The position numbers and the translations under genes were made by a program. DNA of 64,000 bases, from assembly GCF_036802725.1 (NCBI RefSeq), contig NZ_DAIRVT010000002.1; one strand, given 5' to 3'. Positions 37,358-47,175 of this stretch are shown piece by piece. Origin of the DNA: Methanomethylovorans sp. (GTDB taxonomy: Archaea > Halobacteriota > Methanosarcinia > Methanosarcinales > Methanosarcinaceae). The notes beneath the pieces were generated by a model. The model saw only the letters and a program-made list of their open reading frames with translations, did not search any database and was not told where the DNA came from. The first letter of the stretch is position 1. Every line of letters starts with the position of its first letter.

Positions 37358-37789
37358 TCATAAATTTGATTCAATGATCTCCTTCAGCTTCTTTACTTCT
37401 ATTTTTTCAGCACGGTGTATCTCAGCGGGTGGAACATGTTTATCGTAAGCATCAAGTGCTTTTCCGATCATGGGTAGCATCTGGACTTCCTCTCTCAGGT
37501 AATGGAATCCTGGTCTGGGTCCGCCACCCCTTACAGACCGGCATCTTCTCTCATCCCCGGGGTGAAACCCACGCTCTTTCACAAAGATATGATTCCTGTC
37601 CATAGCCCTCAGTTCATCAACTACCTTATCCACAGCAGTCCTCGGACCAGTAACCATTGTTCCAAAACAAGTTTCTTTGATAGTTATGGATGTTTCTGAT
37701 TCATATACTTTCATTGCGGCATCTATGGGTAGAACGCTGTCAGAACTTATGACCACAATTTTAGTGATAACATCTTCCTCATTACTCAT
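37358..37789 (-). CDS. mmp6: methanogenesis marker protein 6
   Basis: Start set to ATG 37789 (MSNEEDVITKIVVISS), preceded by GGAGGGGGG and overlapping the mmp3 stop by 8 nt. The track's start at 37819 is the alternative. Confidence 0.7.
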   Translation of the reverse strand: MSNEEDVITKIVVISSDSVLPIDAAMKVYESETSITIKETCFGTMVTGPRTAVDKVVDELRAMDRNHIFVKERGFHPGDERRCRSVRGGGPRPGFHYLREEVQMLPMIGKALDAYDKHVPPAEIHRAEKIEVKKLKEIIESNL

Positions 37790-39350
37790 GGCCCCCCTCC
37801 CTGTTACGCTCGATGACATAGATCTTATCTCCTTCTTTGAAGTTCCGGAGCTTTTCTATGTCAAGGATACGCCCAATGATATTTGTACTTATGAACTTCT
37901 CTCCGGTAGGTCCGAAAAGGTCATCGTCCTTCGTTTTGACACCTACCATTCCCATACGCTTAGCTGCCTGGTTTGTAACACCTATCTCCCCGGATGCAAC
38001 CTTTTCCTTTGGTGTGTTCTCCGGCAGGATCTCCTTATATCTCTCTGCAGGTTTTTCAGCTTTGAAGATATAGGTATTCTCATACATCATTATCAAAGGC
38101 ATTATTCCTACAGGCCTGAACTGCAGGCCAATGGCATGTCTGAAAAAGTCCAGGGTTATGGGTGCAGCATTGTCATACAACTCTATGCTAACCATCTTTG
38201 ATCCATCAACTCCTGTAGCCCTGACAGTACCCGCCCGAAGTATCTCAATGGTAGTATCGGGCTCCTGGGCCACAATTACTGCTTCATCAGCGACATCCCC
38301 TTCTCTTATAAGTTTCACACCATATGGAGCCAATTCCTCTTCAGCCTCGCGGAAACTCTTGCCATGCAGCATTATCTGTGGTGGTGTAGTGTTTATTAGA
38401 AGCCGGTGTCCAACTTCTGCCATGTTCACAAGTTCCATGCCCTGTTCCACGTGTCCGATCACCGAATGCAGAATGCTGGCTGTTCTGTCGTCGGTGGAGA
38501 TAAAAGCCTTTCCTGATCCATATCCCACGGTGCGCAGGAATACACTCCCTCTCGTGCGCGGTTCATAGTTTTCATATACAGGAAGCTCTCCAATAAGAGC
38601 ATGGTCTGATATAAAAGAGCTGGAGACCATATCTACTTTGAAACTTCCACTCCTTATGACCGCAAAAAAATGTTCTGCTCCGCGGGGAGATTCAGCTGAC
38701 ATTGCCACATCCAGAAATGTGAATACTTTTTCCCCATCTTCGAGGGGAACCGTAAGATCAGTAGTAAGAAGATGCTCACCTGTTTGTTTCCATGATATCA
38801 CAGGCTTTATCTCAATTATCCTGTCTTTCTTTTCCAAGTTGTCCAATAAACTTTTTCCACTTACTACTCTTCCAAAGGAACCTTCCAGGGGAGCTCCATA
38901 TTCTGCAGAATGTCTATCCTTAGTTATTATCAAGTGCGTATTATGAGGATCTCCTCCACCCGCTGCAAAAAGAAGTTCATATTCTCTATATGTGCCTGTC
39001 TCTCTCCTGGGAACCATTTCACTTGCAAAGGGACCAAATGCCACTGCATCCCGGCTGATCCATCGCAGAGGCATATCTCTGTACTCTCTAAACTTGTCTG
39101 CCCACTGTTTCTTCGAAGATGAATGTTTTTCAAAGAGTTCGATCACGAACTCTCCGGAGGTGGTTATTATCCGATATTCCACTACATTTTCTTCTTGTTC
39201 GATCTCAGACCTTTTCAGTATTCCTATTGAAATACCTTCTTTATAAGGTGCGTCAGACACCCGGATGGCATCCCCAAGAGTAGCTCTTTCAGGCAACTTT
39301 ATTTCAATTCCGTTGACCTCTACTGTTATTTCGCCATCCATATCTGACAC
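37782..39350 (-). CDS. mmp3: methanogenesis marker protein 3
   Basis: 522 aa. The N-terminal beta-grasp-like ITVEVNGIEIKLPERATLGDAI, the size, and the position next to atwA match marker 3. Confidence 0.8.
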   Translation of the reverse strand: MSDMDGEITVEVNGIEIKLPERATLGDAIRVSDAPYKEGISIGILKRSEIEQEENVVEYRIITTSGEFVIELFEKHSSSKKQWADKFREYRDMPLRWISRDAVAFGPFASEMVPRRETGTYREYELLFAAGGGDPHNTHLIITKDRHSAEYGAPLEGSFGRVVSGKSLLDNLEKKDRIIEIKPVISWKQTGEHLLTTDLTVPLEDGEKVFTFLDVAMSAESPRGAEHFFAVIRSGSFKVDMVSSSFISDHALIGELPVYENYEPRTRGSVFLRTVGYGSGKAFISTDDRTASILHSVIGHVEQGMELVNMAEVGHRLLINTTPPQIMLHGKSFREAEEELAPYGVKLIREGDVADEAVIVAQEPDTTIEILRAGTVRATGVDGSKMVSIELYDNAAPITLDFFRHAIGLQFRPVGIMPLIMMYENTYIFKAEKPAERYKEILPENTPKEKVASGEIGVTNQAAKRMGMVGVKTKDDDLFGPTGEKFISTNIIGRILDIEKLRNFKEGDKIYVIERNREGGHE

Positions 39351-39366
39351 CTCTTTGCATAATTCT

Positions 39367-40983
39367 CTATTGATCTGCGTTCGCTTCGATCCTTTCGGTT
39401 TCGGTAAGTTGTGCGATCACTTTCCTTGGCTCCCCTATGTCCACAATCTCTCCATTTCTCATAAGGGCTACCCTGTCACATATCTCTTCCAGGAAGTCCA
39501 TGTCATGGGATACGATCACAAATGTATTCCCCAACTCCTCCCTTGCTTTGAGAATGGATCTTGTGACATCTTTTTTAGTAATTGGGTCCATTGTACCTGT
39601 TGGTTCATCCATTACTATTATGTTTGGCTCCTTCATTAATATCTGGGCAAGTGCCACCCTGTGTCGCTCTCCTTCACTAAGCTCGTCAGGCATCTTGGAT
39701 AATATCGATTTTGCCTTTTCTTCTGTGAAACCAGTGGTTTTCAAAGTAATGATCGCCTTTCTTACTGCCAGTTCATAAGGCAGGTCAATACCGATAGACT
39801 CTGTGAGGTTATCTATTATATTGCGGTGGGTGTAAAGACTGTATTCCTGATGCAATATGCCCATGTACTGAAGTGCGCGTCCCCTGCATTCCGGCCCAGG
39901 TTTTTTCATATCGATCCACTCATCTCCTACCCTCGTAACCACTTCGCCGCTGGTGGGCTGAACTATTCCCATGAGGATCTCTGAAGTAGTGGTCTTCCCC
40001 GCACCGCTGACCCCGGCAAGGCCGAATATCTCACTTTCTCTTACTTCAAAAGAGATATCACTTACGGCATTGACGACTCCTCTTGTAACCGATATGTACT
40101 TCTTTCGGAGATTTTGCACTTTTATTATAGGGTCGCCAATGGCAACGTCTTGCCTCTTCTCTAGTGCACATGCCATGCCGGTAAATTTCTTTGCCATTTC
40201 GCAGGGGTCTCCCTCGGCGACCATGGCCCCATCTTCAAGGATGATTGCCCTGTCAGCAATATCCTCAACAACTTCAGACCAATGAGAGGTTATGATCATT
40301 GTCATATTGTAATCCTTGACAGTCCTCTCGATAACATCATGTACTATCTTTGCAGTCCTCGGATCAAGTGTGCCGGTAGGTTCATCTGCTAGCAGCAGCA
40401 TTGGATTTCTCACAAGCTGGCGGGCAAGGACGACTCTCTGTTTCTCACCACCGCTCAGGTCTCGTGCTATATGCATCATACGGTGAGATAATTGTACTTT
40501 TTCCAGCAGCTCCATCGCCTTTGAAATGACATCTTCATCCTGCTGTCCAATTTCGGTAAGGGAATTTACTACATTTGTTATGACCTTCTCATCACCATAC
40601 AGTGCAAAAGTGCGCTGCAGCATTATAGCTATCCTCTTGGTGATGTCTTTTCTTTTGTGGTCATGAATTGACATCTCAACAAAATCAGCATCAAAAGGTA
40701 GTAATTTTTCTCCGGGACATGCTGGACATTCACTTCCTATTTTGCTCGGAGGTTCGATATGACCGCATTTTTCACAGGTTGCAAGATGGTATATCACCTG
40801 CCCGCTTATACTTTCATATTCTTCTACTCCGCGAAGTACATGCATTAGAACAGTTTTACCTGCTCCGCTTCGTCCCAATATACCGATGACCTCTCCTTCG
40901 TTTATAGTAAGGTTTATGTCCTTCAGAACTTTTAAGCCGTCAAAATCCACATTAAGGTTTTTTACCTCGATGAACGCTGCCAT
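39367..40983 (-). CDS. atwA: methyl-coenzyme M reductase system component A2 (tandem ABC ATPase)
   Basis: Two ABC cassettes: GRSGAGKT / LSGGEKQR / LLADEPTG, and GVSGAGKT / LSEGERHR / IVMDEPTG. A CxxC...CxxC insert (CEKCGH..CPACPG) sits in cassette 1. Confidence 0.9.
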   Translation of the reverse strand: MAAFIEVKNLNVDFDGLKVLKDINLTINEGEVIGILGRSGAGKTVLMHVLRGVEEYESISGQVIYHLATCEKCGHIEPPSKIGSECPACPGEKLLPFDADFVEMSIHDHKRKDITKRIAIMLQRTFALYGDEKVITNVVNSLTEIGQQDEDVISKAMELLEKVQLSHRMMHIARDLSGGEKQRVVLARQLVRNPMLLLADEPTGTLDPRTAKIVHDVIERTVKDYNMTMIITSHWSEVVEDIADRAIILEDGAMVAEGDPCEMAKKFTGMACALEKRQDVAIGDPIIKVQNLRKKYISVTRGVVNAVSDISFEVRESEIFGLAGVSGAGKTTTSEILMGIVQPTSGEVVTRVGDEWIDMKKPGPECRGRALQYMGILHQEYSLYTHRNIIDNLTESIGIDLPYELAVRKAIITLKTTGFTEEKAKSILSKMPDELSEGERHRVALAQILMKEPNIIVMDEPTGTMDPITKKDVTRSILKAREELGNTFVIVSHDMDFLEEICDRVALMRNGEIVDIGEPRKVIAQLTETERIEANADQ

Positions 40984-41214
40984 TTATGTTCCTCCGTTTA
41001 TGTACCGGCTGGAATTCTCCTAGTTCTGACTACCAGTTCAAATTACTTAATGGTATTGTATGGTATGTACTAAACTGCTAACAACTTCTGCCGGACATTT
41101 ATAATTAGTTTTTAAATTTACTTTTTGTAGAGTATCATCTGCATTATATCAAACTATACATAAACGTAACGCATATTGTTTTCGCCGTTAACAATAAAAA
41201 TCTGTCCCCTGCTC

Positions 41215-42090
41215 TTACCTATGGTCAGAAGCATTCAATGAGTCCACAATATCTATAACCTCTATGATATCACTGATCACATGATCAGCGGCTTCCAATA
41301 ATCTTTGTGGTCTTTTATCCCCTTGCTGGATAGTGACTATCCCCACATCAGCAACCTCCAAGGCGCGAATATCGTTAACACCATCGCCAATCATCAGTAC
41401 TATATCATATTTCTTTTTAAGGGCCAGTACAATATTAGCCTTCTCATCTGTAGTGGCTATATCGAAAACATTTGTAAGTGGGATGCAAAGTTTTTCAGCT
41501 ACTCTCCTTAGTGAACGCATGGTGTCGCCAGATGCTATGTATGTATCGATGCCCCTGCTATGCAAAAGCTCTATTGTTCTGGGAGTATTGGAGTATAATT
41601 TTCCTGCTGTGCTCAGTACATATGGGATGAACTGCAACTGTCCATCCACGATCAGACCTGTTGCAATATAGTAGCTTTCAGGGCAACTCCGGTGTGCAAA
41701 AGCCAGGACTTCTATCACATCTCCCACTACGACCTTTTGGTCGTTGATTATTTCCATTGCCTCCTCTGTGCTCATCGGCCCACTGGAACAACTGATGTCT
41801 ATTTTTAATCCATTATCAGCTATGAACCTCCGGAGTTCTGTTTTTGGATCAGTGTTCTCAATGGCAACAGGTTCAGCATGCATTACCACAAGAGCTCTTC
41901 TGGGTCTCTCTGCTACCAGCATGATACTTTCTATGTTTTCAAGAATATTGCCCGTTGATGTCTCTTTTGCCACACGGTACATGCGTAGCAGTGTTCCTGC
42001 GCTATCAAATACCACTGCTATCTTCTTTTGCATGGGGCCGGTTTGTCCCTCATTGTATTTATCGTTATGCAGCTCATATTTATTGATCAA
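41215..42090 (-). CDS. soluble P-type-ATPase-like HAD phosphatase
   Basis: FDSAGTL (DxxGT phosphorylation-site-like motif) and MIGDGVNDIRAL (GDGxND hinge). No TM segments. The real start is probably MQKKIAVVFD (ATG 42033). Confidence 0.7.
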   Translation of the reverse strand: MINKYELHNDKYNEGQTGPMQKKIAVVFDSAGTLLRMYRVAKETSTGNILENIESIMLVAERPRRALVVMHAEPVAIENTDPKTELRRFIADNGLKIDISCSSGPMSTEEAMEIINDQKVVVGDVIEVLAFAHRSCPESYYIATGLIVDGQLQFIPYVLSTAGKLYSNTPRTIELLHSRGIDTYIASGDTMRSLRRVAEKLCIPLTNVFDIATTDEKANIVLALKKKYDIVLMIGDGVNDIRALEVADVGIVTIQQGDKRPQRLLEAADHVISDIIEVIDIVDSLNASDHR

Positions 42091-42114
42091 TTAACTATTT
42101 GTATTGCGTAATGT

Positions 42115-42861
42115 ATGTTCATATGGTGCTCAATGTTTCAAACATGTCCTGCTTTCATAGGGTTGCTATTCTTTGTCTGTTTTTTTACTTCAGTGGCAGT
42201 ACATGGTGTGTATGCAATGGAGGATAATGCTTATCCTGCGCTTACTACAATACCTTGGGACCATTCCCCGATCACAGTATACATTGATAATGTTAATGTT
42301 CCAGAACATTACAGTCCCACATATAAAGAACAGGTAGAATCTGCTATGACATACTGGGAAAATGGGGGGAATGGCCATCTGGCATACGAACCCGAATTCA
42401 GGCTGGTTGATTCTGAAAGTGAAGCTGACATCTATATTATGTGGGTGGAGAATCTGGAAAAGGACGCGGGCGTTGAGAACGGTGTTGCAGGTTTTGCAAG
42501 GCCTTATGAAATCAATGGGAAGTATGTGCGAGTGGATATCGTCCTGGAGGTGGGCAATTATGAAGGTTATGCATGGAAACAATATGGTGATGCCAACATG
42601 CGTGAACTGGCAAAGCACGAGCTGGGGCATGCTCTTGGTCTTGGCCACAGTAACGACAGGCGTGATATCATGTATCCCACCTATGATCAAAAGGATAACA
42701 TCGACCCACTACTTGTAGAGAGGACCAGGCCTTTCATATATGCTGCTGTCATAGTTTCCGCAATTACAGTGTCATTATCTGTCATCAACTGGTTACGATA
42801 TCGTGGAAAAAGACGTTCTATCGAAGATAAGTTCCTGGGTGGCAAACATGGAAGATCTTGA
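42115..42861 (+). CDS. matrixin-like zinc metalloprotease with C-terminal TM anchor
   Basis: HELGHALGLGHS (HExxHxxGxxH) followed by the Met-turn DIMYP. N-terminal signal/TM and C-terminal TM IYAAVIVSAITVSLSVINWL. Confidence 0.75.
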   Translation: MFIWCSMFQTCPAFIGLLFFVCFFTSVAVHGVYAMEDNAYPALTTIPWDHSPITVYIDNVNVPEHYSPTYKEQVESAMTYWENGGNGHLAYEPEFRLVDSESEADIYIMWVENLEKDAGVENGVAGFARPYEINGKYVRVDIVLEVGNYEGYAWKQYGDANMRELAKHELGHALGLGHSNDRRDIMYPTYDQKDNIDPLLVERTRPFIYAAVIVSAITVSLSVINWLRYRGKRRSIEDKFLGGKHGRS

Positions 42862-43210
42862 ACTCCTGTGTCGTGAAATGTTAAGATACCTTAAAGGTGA
42901 GCAAGTAGATTTTTCATGGTGTAAAGTTGATCTTTCCCATTTATCTGATTTTGAGAAAGATGTGCTTGAGCAGACAAGACACATTCCCTACGGACATACA
43001 ATTACCTATGGAGAACTGGCTGCGCTAATAGGCAGAAGAGGAGCTTCCAGAGCAGTAGGAAGTGCTTTAGCAAAAAACCCATATCCTATAATCATTCCAT
43101 GCCACAGGGTAGTGTCAAGTAAAGGCATGGGAGGATTTTGTGGAAGTAAGGATCATGAAAGTTTATCTTTGAAACGCAAACTACTGGAACTTGAAGGAGT
43201 TAAAATATGA
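42848..43210 (+). CDS. ogt: methylated-DNA--protein-cysteine methyltransferase, C-terminal-domain-only form
   Basis: IPYGHTITYGELA...NPYPIIIPCHRVV (PCHR active site). ATG 42848 gives 120 aa and overlaps the matrixin gene by 14 nt. Confidence 0.8.
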   Translation: MEDLELLCREMLRYLKGEQVDFSWCKVDLSHLSDFEKDVLEQTRHIPYGHTITYGELAALIGRRGASRAVGSALAKNPYPIIIPCHRVVSSKGMGGFCGSKDHESLSLKRKLLELEGVKI

Positions 43211-43222
43211 AGGTGAGAATGA

Positions 43223-44929
43223 ATGTTCGGCTGGACAGGGAGAACTATCTTTGTTGACCTTAGTTCTCATTCGGTCACTGAATCAAGAACGGGTGTAAAG
43301 CAAGCCAGAGAATATCTGGGAGGTCGGGGTTTTGGTATAAAGTTGATGTATGAATTTGCTGACCCGGATGTGGATCCCTTATCACCTGACAATCCACTGG
43401 TGTTTGCTACAGGTCCGCTAACAGGGACAGCAGCTCCGATGTCCGGACATTATTCAATTACCACGAAATCCCCACTTACTCATACTATATTTGATTCCAA
43501 TGCCGGAGGACACTTCGGAAAGGCAATGAAATATGCGGGTATAGATGCCCTGGTCATTACGGGAAGGTCCGATACCCCTCTCTATCTATCCATCTTTGAT
43601 GAAGATGTAGAACTTATCTCTGCAGAACATCTTTGGGGAAAAGATACAAGGGAAACTACTTTAGCGCTGAAGGAAAAGGGAAGTGTGGTATGTATAGGCA
43701 GGGCAGGTGAAAAAAAAGTACGCTTTGCAAACTTTGTGAGCGACAACCTTTATTCAAGTGGTCGGGGTGGTCATGGGGCTGTAGCCGGCTCCAAGAACCT
43801 GAAGGCCGTAGTGGTAAAAGGTACTAATGACCCTCTTATAGCAGACCCGCAAGCATTTGAAAAGGCTATAGCCAGTGCACAGAGGTTACTACAAGCAAAT
43901 CCAGTAACCTCCAAAGGTTTATCTGTATATGGTACTTCCTTTATGGTCAATGTCATGGACCATCTTGATATCCTCCCTTCCATGAATTTCAGGGAACAGA
44001 ATTTCCATTATGCTGGAAATATCTCAGCAGAACAACTCTCAGCGTCTTACAAAAGTAAGAAAACACCATGTGATAACTGTCCTCTTGGATGTAGGAGGTT
44101 GCTTGAAAACGGTAGTCCAATACCTGATTATGATGCTTTATGGGCTTTTGGTCCAGCTGTGGGTAACACTGATCAGGAATCCATTGTAAAGGCTAATGAA
44201 CTTTGTTATGTTAATGGTGTAGATCCTATCTCATGTGGAGCTACTATCGCATCATATCTTGAAATATCTGGTGGGAAAATGGATCCTGCACATCTCTTGC
44301 AAACAGTTTCTGAAATATCACAAGGTATCAGTTCACTCGGTGAAGGTTCTTTATCCTATATGATCAAGCAGGGCGTAAAAGAACTTAGCATGAGTTCCAA
44401 AGGTCTGGAAATACCCGGCTATGATCCCAGGAGTATTTCAGGGCTTGCTCTTGCATATGCCACTTCAAATCGGGGGGCATGCCATATGAGTGCATTTATG
44501 GCAGGACCCGAGTTATTGGGTAAACCGGTGGGGCTTGACAGATTTGTATTGCAGGGCAAAGCTGGCTTTGTTAAGTTGTTCCAGGATCTTGCAGCAGTTA
44601 TTGATTCTGTTGTCCTGTGTCCGTTTGTGAGTTTCGCTCTGAGCGAAGGGGAGATAGCTTCTTTGATCAGTGCTGCAACGGGAGTCTCATATTCTTCTGA
44701 GGACTTGCTGAGGGTGGGTGAGAGGATATGGAATCTTGAAAGATCGTTCAATCTCAGAGCAGGTTTTACCTGTGAGGACGATACCTTACCCAAGAGAATG
44801 CTTTCAAAAGGTGGTATTTCTGAAGGAGAATTTAAAAGAACTATTGCTGAGTATTACCAATTAAGGGGATGGGACAGTCTGGGAGTTCCAACTACAGGCA
44901 AGCTTGAACAACTTGGGATAACATTTTAA
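43223..44929 (+). CDS. aor: aldehyde:ferredoxin oxidoreductase family tungsto/molybdopterin enzyme
   Basis: 568 aa. N-terminal GWTGRTIFVDLS...GGRGFG and the CDNCPLGC cluster region. Confidence 0.85.
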   Translation: MFGWTGRTIFVDLSSHSVTESRTGVKQAREYLGGRGFGIKLMYEFADPDVDPLSPDNPLVFATGPLTGTAAPMSGHYSITTKSPLTHTIFDSNAGGHFGKAMKYAGIDALVITGRSDTPLYLSIFDEDVELISAEHLWGKDTRETTLALKEKGSVVCIGRAGEKKVRFANFVSDNLYSSGRGGHGAVAGSKNLKAVVVKGTNDPLIADPQAFEKAIASAQRLLQANPVTSKGLSVYGTSFMVNVMDHLDILPSMNFREQNFHYAGNISAEQLSASYKSKKTPCDNCPLGCRRLLENGSPIPDYDALWAFGPAVGNTDQESIVKANELCYVNGVDPISCGATIASYLEISGGKMDPAHLLQTVSEISQGISSLGEGSLSYMIKQGVKELSMSSKGLEIPGYDPRSISGLALAYATSNRGACHMSAFMAGPELLGKPVGLDRFVLQGKAGFVKLFQDLAAVIDSVVLCPFVSFALSEGEIASLISAATGVSYSSEDLLRVGERIWNLERSFNLRAGFTCEDDTLPKRMLSKGGISEGEFKRTIAEYYQLRGWDSLGVPTTGKLEQLGITF

Positions 44930-45098
44930 TATGGTTATCAGGTCATCAGTCGCAGTAGGTATTTTAAATAGTAATCTTTCTATTTTTTAGACTATATGCT
45001 TCTTATATAGATAACTTGATATATGGAATGGTAAATTATTACCAGTCATATTCAATGTTTGATCGCTTATTTAATAGACCGTTCCGGAGAATTCATAA

Positions 45099-45482
45099 AT
45101 GAAACAGCAAGTAGAGGTTAAAGAACTTAAAGAGGGTAAGTACGTTCTAATTGATGAAGAGCCCTGTGTCATTAAGAGTATTTCTAAATCCAAGCCAGGA
45201 AAGCATGGTTCAGCAAAAGCAAGGATCGATGCAATTGGAATTTTCGATAATCAGAAAAGGTCCATTGTGGGACCTGTGTCTGACAAGATATATGTTCCTC
45301 TGGTTGAAAGAAAGAGCGCTCAGGTAATTGCCATAGCAGGCGATGTTGCCCAGCTTATGGACATGGGCGATTACTCTACCTTTGAGCTTCCTATAACTGA
45401 AGAATATAAGGAGAGAGTAAAGGAAGGGGAAGAGATCACTTATCTTGTTGCCATGGGCAAGATGAGGATCGATATGAGGTAA
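45099..45482 (+). CDS. eif5a: translation initiation factor 5A
   Basis: 127 aa. SKSKPGKHGSAKA contains the hypusine-site Lys. Confidence 0.9.
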   Translation: MKQQVEVKELKEGKYVLIDEEPCVIKSISKSKPGKHGSAKARIDAIGIFDNQKRSIVGPVSDKIYVPLVERKSAQVIAIAGDVAQLMDMGDYSTFELPITEEYKERVKEGEEITYLVAMGKMRIDMR

Positions 45483-45538
45483 ACTTATACCTCATATATT
45501 TTCTACATGTATACAAATTTATACACTATTCTGGTTAA

Positions 45539-46408
45539 ATGTTCCACGATCTTTGTATGATGGATTCACTGTCAGATTATTCATCTGCCAGATATGTTCT
45601 CTTTGGTGTTCCCTTTGATGGTACATCTTCTTTCCGTGCTGGCAGCAGGTGGGCTCCTGATGCTATGCGCAAGGCATCTGCTAATTTTGAAACCTATAAT
45701 TCATACTTCGACATAGATTTTGAGGATCTGCTGATCCATGATGCAGGTAACTTCGAGCCTTACTCGGATGTTGAGAAGACACTCGAAGAACTTCTCTTCG
45801 CAGTGGAACCAATCGTGAAGGATGGAAAGATCCCAATAATGATGGGTGGGGAACACTCTCTTACTTATCCCTGTGTGAAGGCATGTGCAAAGCATGTAAG
45901 TGAAGACATTGGCTTTGTGGTGATGGATGCTCATTTCGATCTGCGTGAAGAATATGGCGGTGTAAAATTCAATCATGCCTGTGTTTCCAGACATATTTTA
46001 AATGACATCACTGACAAGTATGTGACAATTGGTGTGCGCAGCGGTCCCAGGGAAGAATGGGAGTTTGCAAAAGATAATGGTGTCTGCTACTATACTCCTG
46101 ACATTGTAAGAGAAAAAGGTGTTAAAACAGTTCTTGCAGAAGCACTTGAACACCTTGACTGTGACAAGATATACCTGTCACTGGACATGGATGCCCTTGA
46201 CCCATCTTTTGCTCCCGGTCTTGGAACCCCTGAACCTTTCGGGCTGACAGATGTGGAGGTGAGGGACATTATCCGCATCCTTGCTCCTATGTCTATAGGT
46301 TTTGATGTAGTTGAGATCTCTCCAGAGTACGATGGAGGTCAGACTGCTCTTCTGGGCACGAAATTACTTCGCGAGTTCATTGCAGCACACGCTGCAGCAA
46401 ACAGATGA
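45539..46408 (+). CDS. speB: agmatinase (ureohydrolase family)
   Basis: MMGGEHSLT, VVMDAHFDL, SLDMDALDP, and Mn-ligand motifs. Confidence 0.85.
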   Translation: MFHDLCMMDSLSDYSSARYVLFGVPFDGTSSFRAGSRWAPDAMRKASANFETYNSYFDIDFEDLLIHDAGNFEPYSDVEKTLEELLFAVEPIVKDGKIPIMMGGEHSLTYPCVKACAKHVSEDIGFVVMDAHFDLREEYGGVKFNHACVSRHILNDITDKYVTIGVRSGPREEWEFAKDNGVCYYTPDIVREKGVKTVLAEALEHLDCDKIYLSLDMDALDPSFAPGLGTPEPFGLTDVEVRDIIRILAPMSIGFDVVEISPEYDGGQTALLGTKLLREFIAAHAAANR

Positions 46409-46524
46409 GATTTAAATTTAATTTTAGTTGATAAGCACCTTTTTGCTTTCATCTGTTCATTTTGAGGTTTTGGAATTTCCTTGGGGTTAAATATTTACTC
46501 TTCCCTGTCATAATTAAACAGATT

Positions 46525-47175
46525 ATGAACGAAGAAGTCGAAGTTGTATGTCCCTCTTGCTCACCACGTCACCCGGTGCTGCATGAGGTCCTTAAATCAG
46601 GTGTAAATCCTGTGGTAAAATGTTCAGAATGTGGCACAGTTCACCCTACAGTTATAGAAACTCCCAGGAACATTGATGTCAAGGTTATCGTAAGCAGAGG
46701 AGATTCTTCCTTTCCACTGCATACCCATCTGCACGCCGATGATATAATTCGTGTTGGTGATGAGATGTTCATCGATGACGAGTCTTCAGATGAGGTCTAT
46801 CCGGTTGTAATAACAGCGATCGAATCTGGTCAAAAAAGGCCAGAAGCAGCCAAAGTCGCAGATATTGATTATCTATGGGGCAGGGCTATTGACGAGGTGT
46901 GCGTAAAGATAGCTATCCATGAAGGCACCACTACAAGATCGGTGATCAAACAGGTTCCCGGAGGTTACCAGTTCACCATTGGTTCGACCGAAAAGGCTGG
47001 CCCTGATGAGTTCAAGATCATAAAGATCAAGGAAAGAGATGGCAGTTTCAGATCCCGTGATGGTATCGTCATAGAAGCCAAGAATATAAAAAGAATCTTT
47101 GCAAACCCTGTTCATAGAAGAGCATGGGGAAGTGGTACTTCGTGGAGTTCTCGAAGGAGAGAGCAGAGCTGGTAG
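46525..47175 (+). CDS. zinc-finger protein (HVO_0476-like family)
   Basis: ATG 46525 gives [14 protein letters not shown]...[10 protein letters not shown] (CxxC...CxxC). Confidence 0.6.
   Translation: MNEEVEVVCPSCSPRHPVLHEVLKSGVNPVVKCSECGTVHPTVIETPRNIDVKVIVSRGDSSFPLHTHLHADDIIRVGDEMFIDDESSDEVYPVVITAIESGQKRPEAAKVADIDYLWGRAIDEVCVKIAIHEGTTTRSVIKQVPGGYQFTIGSTEKAGPDEFKIIKIKERDGSFRSRDGIVIEAKNIKRIFANPVHRRAWGSGTSWSSRRREQSW

Noticed and set aside
37677-38568. 174-aa and 145-aa plus-strand ORFs
   Set aside because: Antisense to mmp3 within a tightly coupled operon, with no independent support.
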